Shown: one piece after another, positions 11,152 through 20,388 of the stretch
Position numbering within the stretch: the first letter of the stretch is position 1
How the letters are laid out: each line of letters opens with the position of its first letter
NCBI GenBank assembly: GCA_963762565.1
Contig: CAVXLD010000001.1
Coordinates: 1,152,001-1,216,000, forward strand
From: an uncultured Verrucomicrobiae bacterium
GTDB lineage: Bacteria; Verrucomicrobiota; Verrucomicrobiia; Chthoniobacterales; JAFAMB01
Direction of reading: 5' to 3'
DNA: 64,000 nt
The notes under the pieces: model-generated
What the model was told of the DNA's origin: nothing
What the model saw: the letters and a program-made list of their open reading frames with translations, nothing else
The model's database searches: none
Made by a program: the position numbers and the translations under genes

Positions 11152-11269
11152 GATGATTTCTTTTTTGCGGTCGTTGGTCACTCTTCTCATTCTCTGTCTT
11201 ACCCTTGCGACTCTGCGAGATTTTTTTCTTCTTGGTTGCAGCTTACCCATACTAGGATCCGCCGCGGCT

Positions 11270-11761
11270 ATGAAGACATTGTTCAGGATTGCTTTGTTGG
11301 TTCAACTGGTCAGCGGTGTCGGCACCACGTGCAAAGCGGCGGATAACGCCGACGCTGAATTGATGCGGGCTGCAACCGAATTGGCTCGACAATATGACGC
11401 TCGTTACGCTGCCCGGGATTCCGCCGGCATGGCGGCACTTTACGCCGCGGACGGGAGGTTAGTGTCACCTGAGGGTCCGACCCTGCACGGCCGAGTAGCG
11501 CTCACCGCTTACTAGAGCAAACGTTTCGCTACCGGATTCAGAGGCTACGTCACCAAAGTCGTGGAAGTCCATGCGCAAGGAAACAGCGGCTACGGCATCT
11601 CCGAATTCGCTGTCAGCACTCCCATTGTAAATCGCCAAACGCACCAACTGCATGGAACCATGGTCTCGGTCTACCAACATGATGCCGACGGTTGGCACTT
11701 TAGCTTGGTGGTTCACAGCGTCCCGGGAAGTAGGAGGGGAGACTTGGTCGGTCAAATGTGA
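11270..11761 (+). pseudogene. secreted NTF2-like (DUF4440/SnoaL) protein with in-frame TAG
   Basis: Signal peptide, D.AGMAALYAADG..VSP.GP.LHGR, TAG at 11513, then the same frame continues ...VYQHDADGWHF. Confidence 0.7.
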
Positions 11762-12020
11762 AGGCGAAAAGGGGTGAACCCCCTCGCCTTAGGCTCGGAA
11801 TGACAAATCACAAATGACAAATGACAAACGAAGGCACTCCGCGGATGACGCCCGTCGTGAATTTCGTGAATCTGTCATCTCGTTCGTCCATCTGCGGTTG
11901 GGTTTTGCGCCTTTAGTACGTAATTCTACGCATTGTCCCGAACCCGTTCTGTGCCAGGTTGGCTGAAAACAAGCTTCGGAAACCTCGCTTCCGTTGTAAC
12001 CAGTAATTCAAGCCATATAT

Positions 12021-12525
12021 ATGCCTGCTACAATTAGCCCTTGGTTCAACAGGGGACGATGTTAAGCGTCTCCAGCGGGTTCTCGCGCGACATTTGCTCT
12101 GGAATCCATTCGGTCCTATAACGGGAGTGTTCGATGCGAGCCTCGAGACCTCTGTAAAGTCTTTTCAACAGGCAAATGGATTGGTAGCCGATGGGGTTGT
12201 TGGTCCGACAACCTGGGCGAAATTGCCCAGCTATCGCGAAGCATCACCAGAGTTGAAAGAAGGATGGAAGGGACCGGCTGTAGCTTGGCTGCAAAAGGTG
12301 TTGGCCGGGCAGGATTTTGTGATCAATTTTACCCCGTATAACGGTGCCATCGACGGCATCTTCGGTCCGAAAACTGACGCCGCCGTACGCGCATTACAAA
12401 CCTGGGCCGGCCTGCCTCCAAACGGCGTTTTGGACGACAACACCTGGTTCACCTGGATGGAACCCGGCTCCGCTTCGCAATTAACCCTCGAAGCAGCCTC
12501 CAATCTCACCGATGGCTTGTTGTAA
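12021..12525 (+). CDS. peptidoglycan-binding domain protein (two PG_binding_1 domains); +1 frameshift near start
   Basis: MPATIS/LGSTGDDVKRLQ, FQQANGLVADGVVGPTTW, DGIFGPKTDAAVRALQ. Confidence 0.8.
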
Positions 12526-12665
12526 TCCCAACCCGCTGGTTACAACTCTCGGTTTGGGAATCTAAAATAGGAACAGGTCACAGCTCCTGCATCGCGGTGG
12601 CCGGTGCACGCGGAAAGATTTGCAAAAATCAGAAGTCTTTTGCGTCAGGTTGATAGAGACGCCAG

Positions 12666-12983
12666 ATGATCTTCTACCATAGGACGAACGCTGCAAAAAC
12701 CATCTTGCGCTACGGATTTAGAGACGCAGAACGATTTCGCGGTTTCGAAAGCCCAGTTCTCCGGGGAGTCTTCATTTCTGACGTTCCGCTCGCGTGCATG
12801 GAAGAAGAAAAAGGGAGCCAAGTTCTGAAAATCACGCTCCCTGACGATTTTGACATCTCCGATTACGAATTGATCGAGAAGAGCAAACATTACCGAGAGT
12901 GGTGCATACCGTCGGAACTGATTAACCTACTCGGCCAGGTCGAACTCCCGGAAGGAGAAGCTGAATTGGGGACAGGTCAATAA
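12666..12983 (+). CDS. hypothetical protein, possible ADP-ribosyltransferase-like fold
   Basis: FYHRT..A..IL..GF, GVFIS, REWCIP pattern; the stop codon comes from the sequence GGGGACAGGTCAATAA. Confidence 0.5.
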   Translation: MIFYHRTNAAKTILRYGFRDAERFRGFESPVLRGVFISDVPLACMEEEKGSQVLKITLPDDFDISDYELIEKSKHYREWCIPSELINLLGQVELPEGEAELGTGQ

Positions 12984-13078
12984 TCGCCAACTGTCTGGCT
13001 ACCGGTCGTATTTCCAATGAAACAATTGACCTGTCCCTCGCCCTGGATTCAATTGACCTGTCCCTCGCCCTGGATTCA
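12968..13078. repeat. GGGACAGGTCAA inverted pair plus 27-bp tandem duplication
   Basis: Motif at 12968 (+), 13026 and 13053 (-); CAATTGACCTGTCCCTCGCCCTGGATT x2. Confidence 0.9.
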
Positions 13079-13205
13079 GACCTGGACCGGCCTGCCTCCA
13101 AACGGCGTTTTGGACGACAACACCTGGTTCACCTGGATGGAACCCGGCTCCGCTTCGCAATTGACCCTCGAAGCGGCATCCAATCTCACCGATGGCTTGT
13201 TGTAA
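13077..13205 (+). repeat. 129-bp direct repeat of the 3' end of the PG-binding gene (12397-12525)
   Basis: 5 mismatches in 129 bp, 4 of them synonymous. Confidence 0.95.
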
Positions 13206-13213
13206 GCTCAATC

Positions 13214-13435
13214 CGTTCGGCGTTCGGCGTTTGGCGTTTGGCGTTGGTCGGCGGTCGGCGGTCGGCGGTCGTTGCTTAGGACCGTCAGTTAGGGATAGGT
13301 GGACTGGGGCTTTTAATCGTGCTCGTGCTCGGGATTTGGAAGGCGAGGCGTGGGCGTATGGGCGTATGGGCGTATGGGCGATGCGGCGAATTGCTCAGCG
13401 TTTCGCCAATTTGCTATCTGCTATTTGCTATTTGT
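13214..13435. repeat. 7-8 nt tandem repeat tracts
   Basis: (CGTTYGG)n, (GGCGGTC)n, (TGGGCGTA)x3, (TGCTATY)n. Confidence 0.8.
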
Positions 13436-13514
13436 AGTCGCGAACGAGCCTCGGGCGAGTTCGTGCTACCGGCCTCACTTGCGCCTTCAAGAGAACCCGT
13501 TTAGGAAGGGAGCC

Positions 13515-14504
13515 ATGGATACCAGAACTGGCGTGACTCGGCGAGAGTTCCTGCGGAGTTCTTTGATCACTGCGGCGGGTCTGGCGACGGGCGTCTCCGG
13601 CGCTACCCTCTCTTCACCGCCGACTTTATCGGAATCACTGCGCCTCGTCTTCGCTACTGATACCCATCTGATGCAGAACAATGGCTTACGTTCGGCAGAA
13701 GGACTGGCTGCAGCGGTAGAGGCAATCAAAGAGTTGCGACCACGACCAGATCTGATCGTTTGCGGCGGCGATCTCACTCATCCCTGGCCAAACCTCGATT
13801 ATCCCGCCGCGAACAAACTGCTGGATCGTTTCCTTGGCATTTGGGCACCGCTGCATTCGATCGAGACCCATTACGTTTTCGGAAATCACGACTTCGTTGG
13901 CACGCTGAACCCGCGTGTTTCTCGACACGATCCGCGCTTCGGTAAGGGGCTGTTTGAGAAGCGCCTCGATCTCCCCAGGCTGTATTACTCATTCGAAAAA
14001 CGAGGCTGGCGTTTCATAATCCTCGACGATGTCTGGCCGAATCTGGACGGCAGCTACTACGGACAGTACAAGGCGGACCAGCTCGACTTCGTCCAAAGCG
14101 AATTAAAAGCCCACAAGGAAAAACCAACCGTCATCGCCAGCCATATCCCAGCGGTTTCCAATTTCGGGACATTGCTCGGATTCGCCAGATCTATTCAGAC
14201 CAATTTCAAGCATCGGCCTTCGCTGATTTCGAGAAACGGCAAGACGCTAGTCAATATCATTCGCCAGTCCGGAGCTAACGTAAAGCTGGTGCTTGCCGGG
14301 CATCTTCACCATCAAGAGAGGATGGAGGCCGATGGCGTTAGCTACCTCAACGGGGGCGCGATTTGTGGTAACTGGTGGAAAGGATCGATGATGGGCTGTC
14401 CGGAAGGATTCAATGTGATCGATCTGCACCCAGATGGTTCATTCGCGATCGCTTATAAGACGTTTGGTTGGGCTTGGGACAGGTCAACTGTTTCGGTTCA
14501 CTGA
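13515..14504 (+). CDS. Tat-exported calcineurin-like metallophosphoesterase
   Basis: TRREFL Tat motif; DTH, GGD, GNHD, SHIP and GHLH motifs; CGNWWKG. Confidence 0.88.
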   Translation: MDTRTGVTRREFLRSSLITAAGLATGVSGATLSSPPTLSESLRLVFATDTHLMQNNGLRSAEGLAAAVEAIKELRPRPDLIVCGGDLTHPWPNLDYPAANKLLDRFLGIWAPLHSIETHYVFGNHDFVGTLNPRVSRHDPRFGKGLFEKRLDLPRLYYSFEKRGWRFIILDDVWPNLDGSYYGQYKADQLDFVQSELKAHKEKPTVIASHIPAVSNFGTLLGFARSIQTNFKHRPSLISRNGKTLVNIIRQSGANVKLVLAGHLHHQERMEADGVSYLNGGAICGNWWKGSMMGCPEGFNVIDLHPDGSFAIAYKTFGWAWDRSTVSVH

Positions 14505-14524
14505 TTAGCAGCCGATCCTCAGCG

Positions 14525-15427
14525 ATGGATTCTCGACCACCAATTCTATTGGCCGTTTTCGGAGCCCTGCTTCTGACTCAGATAGCGGCCTCTGCATCTG
14601 ATCTGGCTTTTCTGGGTCCAAAAGGAAGTTATAGCGATGAAGCGGCAACTATATGGGCGTCTCGTGACCATATCACTGGCACTCTCCCTTTAAGCACGAT
14701 CAGCTCGATCGCAGAATCTGCCCGGGACGGACGGGTAGAATTTGGTTTGCTGCCATTCGAGAATAGTATCGGCGGATTCGTCGGGGAAACGCAGAAGCTC
14801 CTGCTGGCGGCGGACCTCGGATGGCGCATCATCGGAGACATTACTATTCCGATCAGTAACAATCTTTTGGTAAAGCCCGGGGCGAAGGCATCGGATCTGA
14901 AGAAAGTAATATCGCATCCGGAGGCTCTTAAAGAATGCGCGAAATGGCTAAAGACGAACTTCCCTGAACTGGCTCAAGAGGAAGTCAGCTCCACCGCGGC
15001 GGCTGCAGAAGCAGTTTCCAAAGGGGATGGGACTATCGCAGCGATCGCCTCGCCGGCGGCTGCGAGTGTTTATCAGCTGCAGATATTGTTCTCAAATATT
15101 GAGGACGATCGATCTAATGCCACGAACTTCGTGGTAATCGAAGGCGCCGGAGGCAATTTCTCAGAGCAAAATCCGACTCGCCTGGTTGTCCGAATCGAGG
15201 CAGCAAGCGGGACGGACATTTTTGCCCGGTTGCTAGACGCTCTGAATCGTCTTTCATTTAGTTTGACCAGCGCAGCCAGCGTAGCCACGGGCAGTCTAGG
15301 TTCACATCGATTCGCTCTCATATTGGACTCAAAAAAGGGAACAGATCTCGGCCAAATTCAAGATCTGCTTCGGCCTACCGGTGCTGTACTAGTCGGAGCG
15401 TACCGTCCCTCCGGCCTCGGACAGTAA
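14525..15427 (+). CDS. prephenate dehydratase-like protein with N-terminal signal peptide and degenerate ACT-like C-terminus
   Basis: AFLGPKGSYS, LPFENSIGG, SHPEALKEC..WL, SSTAAAA, IEDDRSNATNFVV. Confidence 0.8.
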   Translation: MDSRPPILLAVFGALLLTQIAASASDLAFLGPKGSYSDEAATIWASRDHITGTLPLSTISSIAESARDGRVEFGLLPFENSIGGFVGETQKLLLAADLGWRIIGDITIPISNNLLVKPGAKASDLKKVISHPEALKECAKWLKTNFPELAQEEVSSTAAAAEAVSKGDGTIAAIASPAAASVYQLQILFSNIEDDRSNATNFVVIEGAGGNFSEQNPTRLVVRIEAASGTDIFARLLDALNRLSFSLTSAASVATGSLGSHRFALILDSKKGTDLGQIQDLLRPTGAVLVGAYRPSGLGQ

Positions 15428-15501
15428 AAGATCGCAACGCGGCCGATCCTTCTAAAACCTTGAAACCGGACGCCTCGGTTTGCGGTAGAAAGCTAATACC
15501 T

Positions 15502-15669
15502 ATGGATTTTTTGTTTTTGGCCGCGGCGCACCAGCTATCAGCCAGCATGCCTCAAGCGTATCCGACATGGACGACTAGTAGCGGGGTCGAGATTATGGCG
15601 GACATAATTAGTGGCTTCCTCACGCTTGGTTTCGGCATCTTTATTTACCGGCTGCCCCCGGAAAAGTGA
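15502..15669 (+). CDS. small putative membrane protein
   Basis: 55 aa ORF with a C-terminal hydrophobic helix. Confidence 0.35.
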   Translation: MDFLFLAAAHQLSASMPQAYPTWTTSSGVEIMADIISGFLTLGFGIFIYRLPPEK

Positions 15670-15748
15670 AACCAAGACCTTTCGTTTTCGCCCGTGAGAA
15701 ATCCTCGCGTCCTTGTCCTTTGTGGCCTTCTGTGCTGATGGTGACTCC

Positions 15749-16584
15749 ATGATCTTCAAAGGTCTGTTCGGGCCAATGGCTGCTCTGATTGGCCTGGGGT
15801 TCTCTTTCCCGGCGGTCGCTGAAGCCGGTGGACCGGTTCGGCTTTACAGTGCGGACCGTACCCATAACGATTTTTGGGAAAACAGGGGAAGTCATCGCGA
15901 TCGAACAGGAGAACGGAGCGATGGGCCTCCAGGTTAAGGAATCGGACGGATTCAATGTCGAGGTGGTTAATCAGTTGAAGGAACCAACCAGTATCCATTG
16001 GCACGGCTTGATCCTACCCGCGTTGATGGACGGAGTTCCGTTTGTGAGCCAGGATCCAATTCCTCCCGGTGAGACTTATCATTATCAGTTTGCGTTGAAG
16101 CAAAGTGGAACTTACTGGCTCCATTCTCACTATGGTCTACAGGAACAATTGTTAGCCGCCGCGCCGTTAATCCTGGAAAGCGAAGCGCAAAACGCCAAGG
16201 CCGATGAACAATACACAGTGCTCTTGAGCGATTACTCGTTTACGTCGTCTGCAAAAATCCTCGAACGATTGAAGGGCGGTATGCCGGTTCAGCGGCAACC
16301 AACTTCTTCGTGAACACCGGAGCGTTGACCAGCCAGTTAACGGCGGTTGATGGAAAAGATATCGAGCCGGTATCGGGAAATTATTTTCAGTTAGGGATCG
16401 CGCAACGGATCGATCTGCTGATGAAAATCCCGGATAAAGGGGACGCTTTTCCTATTCTGGCCCAGCGTGCCACATCCTCTATCACGCGGCGGTGGGCATG
16501 TTCACGGTTCTCAAATACGACGGCGCCGATACCAAGTTTTGGCAACCCGAGAAAACGCTGACCGAGCTTAGGGGAGAGCGTTGA
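15749..16584 (+). pseudogene. multicopper oxidase with frameshift and two internal deletions
   Basis: TSIHWHG and GTYWLHSH, then a jump to AVDGKDIEP...AQRIDL, then a jump to CHILYHAAVGMF (C-terminal Cu site). Confidence 0.85.
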
Positions 16585-16590
16585 GTTTCC

Positions 16591-17193
16591 TCAATCGATT
16601 AACCGATCATCTGCGTGCGCTCTGAGTCGCTCCGAAAGAGCATCCGTGATATGTCGCATTAGATCAGGAGTCTCACGAGAAAACCCATATACCCATTCTG
16701 GAAAGTTGAGAGGCTTCTGTACTGCCCAGATCTCGTCGTGGCGATCGGGAGGCAGAATTTGAGCCGGATCGCCGACTGCGATCCATCCGATGGGAACAAA
16801 CACTTCGGGCGGAATGACCGTGCGCAAATGCACCGTCGCATGAGGTCGTACTTCCGCGCCCCGTCCTAATTTCGCTCCGTGAAAGATCGCCGCTGATGTT
16901 GCCACGAACACTTCATGCTCAAGAGAGGCACCGACGACATGAGCGTTGGGCCCAACGAGGCAGTGATCCCCAATGGTACACGCATGTTTTGCAGTCGCTC
17001 GAATGACAGCGTTTTCCATCACGATGCATTCGCGTCCGATCTGGATGAGGCCACCAGACTCACCCACTATTCGCGCACCGTAGAGAACGCGGGAGCCCGG
17101 ACCGACGTACACGTTGCCGCATATCGTCGCATCGGGTGCAATCCAAGCGGTCGAATCAATTTGCGGCCGATGCCCTGCGTGTTCAAATAACAT
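16591..17193 (-). CDS. gamma-carbonic anhydrase-like hexapeptide repeat protein
   Basis: PQIDSTAWIAPDATICGNVYVG and left-handed beta-helix repeats. Confidence 0.85.
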   Translation of the reverse strand: MLFEHAGHRPQIDSTAWIAPDATICGNVYVGPGSRVLYGARIVGESGGLIQIGRECIVMENAVIRATAKHACTIGDHCLVGPNAHVVGASLEHEVFVATSAAIFHGAKLGRGAEVRPHATVHLRTVIPPEVFVPIGWIAVGDPAQILPPDRHDEIWAVQKPLNFPEWVYGFSRETPDLMRHITDALSERLRAHADDRLID

Positions 17194-17480
17194 AGGTAGA
17201 TCCTCCGATTTCAGCGGTCTCCTCGGATGGGATTGAGTTTACCATAAGCAACCGGTCACCGTTAAACCATTGTTACACTTCGAGTCGCCGTTCTTGCACG
17301 CCCGCAGATTAACGCAGAGCCTCGCGCAGAGGACGCAAAGGACGGAGAGGTCCAATCGTCTTCTTGTTTGCGTCCGCTGCGAACTTTGCGCGAGGTTCTG
17401 CGTTAAGCGATGCGGCCGGCTTTTCGCGGCTATTCTATTTTGTTCCCCTGAAATCGGGCCCGATTAGGCATCGGCCTCGA

Positions 17481-18978
17481 CTACTGTGACGCCGCATCGG
17501 CGGCGGTACGGAAACCGATTTCAGACGACCGGTCCAGGGTGGGCGCCATGAGCAGATACTTGTTGTGATGATTCAGTTGGTACGCAGTCGGCGTCGAAGG
17601 AAAGTAGAAGTTGATAGGAAAGTTTGACTGCGGTTGGTACGCTGAACCGCCCCGAACTACGGCGGCGATCGTGTGTTCATCCGTAAACGTGTTTGTCCAT
17701 TGCCACACGTTACCGACCATATCGAGGACACCGAAAGGACTGGCGCCGCTCGGATGCGCGGTGACATCATCCGGAGGAGTCGTGTCGCGGCCGGTATTTA
17801 CCGTGGGAACGTTCGTTGCCGAGAAGGTACTACCCCAAGGATACAATCGGCCGTCAGTCCCTTGAGCTGCATACTGCCATTCCCATTCGTTTGGCAGGCG
17901 GCGTCCAGCCCATCGGACGTACGCTGCCGCGTCTTGCCAGGATACCCAAGTCACAGGTTTGTTGTCCCATCCCGCCTGGTAATGAGGATGAGCTGGGTTT
18001 GACCAGTCCCAATCGAGCAGGAAGTTATGAGTGTCCGCCGGACGATAGTTGGTCGCGTCCATGAAACCTTGATACTGCAGGTTCGTCACCTCGGTCTTAT
18101 CCAGGTAGAACGTATTGATCGTCATTTGATGACTGTGAGTGTAACTGGGTTGCGATTCCCACGGATATTGAACATCGGCGCCAGGTTCACCGTCTCCTTC
18201 GATCTCCGTGCCTTCCACGGTGAATTCGTAGGTACCTCCTGAAATGGTGACCATTCCGTTAGGTGGTTCCGAATACGGCTTGGTTGTCTCGGTTGGATTA
18301 ATGGCCTGGGTCAGTACGGTGTTAGCGGCGGAATAAGAGCTGAGCGGTTTAGCAGTCAATTGGCGCATCGTGGCCAGGAATTCCTTCAGCTTAGCTGGCA
18401 GATCGGCGGGCTTGGCGCCAAGGATTGCTCCGTAACCGCTGTCTTCAATAGAGAAAGCCAGGACGGCCGTCCCATTGCTAACAACCGGTTTCAGCTCAAC
18501 CCCATGCCAGAGATCGTAGTACACCTGCTTGGGGAAATCCGGGCATATCACGGATCAGTTGGTCCTGGTTTCGGCTATCGACGCCCATGTTGGGGTAGGT
18601 CGGCCAAAGCAAAACTGAATCGATCCCGCCGTACCGTTTATCCAAATCAGAGAGGTAGGTAGAGACAATATACTTACCGCTACTCACATCGTAAAAGTAC
18701 CGATCATGGGTCATCTCTTGGGGCTGAATCGGGTTGTGTTGGGTCCAGTTTAGCGGGGCGAATTGATAGATAGAATCATCGTAGTTAATGCTGGCCCGTT
18801 GCTGAGCCCGCCAGCTTTGCATAGCGGCTAACCAGGCGGCGGTATCACCAGGAGTATCAGGGCCGTTAATTTGAATATAATCAGGAAACACCAGCGTATA
18901 ACCGGCGGCATCGGCGTGTCCGGGGAGGGAAACGCCGATCAAGGCGAGAGCCAAACAGGGAAGAATATTGAATTTCAT
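17481..18978 (-). pseudogene. secreted SUMF1/FGE-sulfatase-domain protein with internal deletion near 18540
   Basis: N-terminal part RYGGIDSVLLWPTYPNMGVDSRNQDQLIRDMP joins out of frame to a C-terminal FGE domain (KPVTWVSW.DA, RLPNEWEWQYAA, DMVGNVWQW, IGFR). Confidence 0.75.
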
Positions 18979-19043
18979 ATTCAGGAGGAAACGGGGGAAC
19001 ATCGATTAGACGGCTAGCGCTTAAACAGCGACGTTGCGGCTGA

Positions 19044-19168
19044 GCAAACGATTGCGCAATCGATTAGCCGAACTTTTAGGCCCACTTTTTCAGGTTGTCA
19101 AGAATGACCATTGACACTCGCCCAAAAAGGCCTAAAGCTGGCCGCAATCGATTGCGCAACTGTTTGCG
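19044..19168. promoter_or_regulatory. divergent sigma70-like promoters with LacI-type operators
   Basis: TTGACA at 19111 (+) and 19101-19096 (-); operators GCAAACGATTGCGC (19044) and CGCAATCGATTGCG (19143); the same motif lies upstream of the LacI gene. Confidence 0.7.
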
Positions 19169-19225
19169 CTGTCCCTTGTGTAACCTGATTAACCCCCAAA
19201 CTGTTTAGCCCACCCCATCTCTTAT

Positions 19226-20179
19226 ATGCGTCTTACCCCCCATCAGAACCGGCCAGTTATCAGCACCTTGCTGACTCTGGCGCTTTGCGGTGTTACTCTA
19301 GCGGCTCAAGCCGCCGATAAACCCAGAGTCGCTCTGGTTATGAAATCGTTGGCCAATGAGTTTTTCCAGACCATGGAAAAAGGGGCCCGCGATTATCAAG
19401 CCCAACACTCCAGCGAATTCGATCTGATCTCGAATGGGATCAAAAATGAAACCGATGTCGGCGCCCAAATCAATCTGGTGAACCAGATGATCGCCCAACG
19501 GGTGGACGCCATTGTCCTAGCGCCGGCTGATTCGAAAGCGTTGATCGCTGTCGCCAAAAAAGCGCAGAAGGCCGGTATTCTGGTCATCAATATTGATAAC
19601 AAATTCGACGCCCCCACCCTGGCCCAGGAGAATGTTAAAATTCCATTCGTCGGACCGGATAATCGGAAGGGAGCGAAAAAGGTCGGAGACTATTTGGCGA
19701 AACAACTTTCACCGGGGAGCAAGGTGGCGGTCTTGGAAGGAGTTCCCGGTGCTTTCAACGGGATCCAACGAAGACTCGGCTTCGACGACGCTATGAAAGA
19801 CGCCAAGATCGATGTGGTGAGCTCCCAAGCTGCAGACTGGGAAACCGCCAAAGCGAACCAGGTAGCATCGGCGATCATCACGCAATACCCGAATCTCAAC
19901 GCAATTCTCGCGTGCAACGATAGCATGGCTTTGGGAGCAGTCGCTGCGCTTAAGGCCGCCGGCAAAGAGGACAGTGTCAAAGTGGTCGGCTTCGACAATA
20001 TCACGGCCGTCCAACAGTTGATCAAAGACGGCAAAATGCTGGCCACCGCCGACCAACACGGCGACCAGCTCGCGGTCTACGGGATTCAATACGCTTTGGA
20101 ATCGCTGGCTAACAAGGGAGCATCGCTGCCAGATCGTGAAACTAAGGTGGATTTGATCACCAAGGACGACTTGAAATAG
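19226..20179 (+). CDS. rbsB: sugar (ribose-type) ABC transporter substrate-binding protein
   Basis: Signal peptide; MKSLANEFF, APADSKAL, NDSMALGA, VGFDN (Peripla_BP_4); substrate not proven. Confidence 0.85.
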   Translation: MRLTPHQNRPVISTLLTLALCGVTLAAQAADKPRVALVMKSLANEFFQTMEKGARDYQAQHSSEFDLISNGIKNETDVGAQINLVNQMIAQRVDAIVLAPADSKALIAVAKKAQKAGILVINIDNKFDAPTLAQENVKIPFVGPDNRKGAKKVGDYLAKQLSPGSKVAVLEGVPGAFNGIQRRLGFDDAMKDAKIDVVSSQAADWETAKANQVASAIITQYPNLNAILACNDSMALGAVAALKAAGKEDSVKVVGFDNITAVQQLIKDGKMLATADQHGDQLAVYGIQYALESLANKGASLPDRETKVDLITKDDLK

Positions 20180-20388
20180 CGACGACCTGCGGCCAAAACG
20201 AACCCGTGAAAGGTGAAAGGTGAGAAAGCCTCGAGTGTTGACAAGACTTTCACCCGTAGCAGGACGAAGATAACGAAGGGTGCTTTAGCCCGGATTGTTA
20301 TATAGAATCGTTGCCCTTCGTTTGCTTCGTTAGCTTCTGTAAGATCTCTTCACTAGCTACTGTAAGATTTCAGCCTCCCGCCCATCGG

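Noticed and set aside
6330..12045. Programmed frameshifting in GNAT, DUF4062 and PG-binding genes
   Set aside because: Single-base indels at short G/C runs without slippery heptamers; sequencing error or decay is more parsimonious
12397..13205. Diversity-generating retroelement TR/VR pair
   Set aside because: Mismatches are not confined to adenines of one copy, are mostly synonymous, and there is no reverse transcriptase in the window
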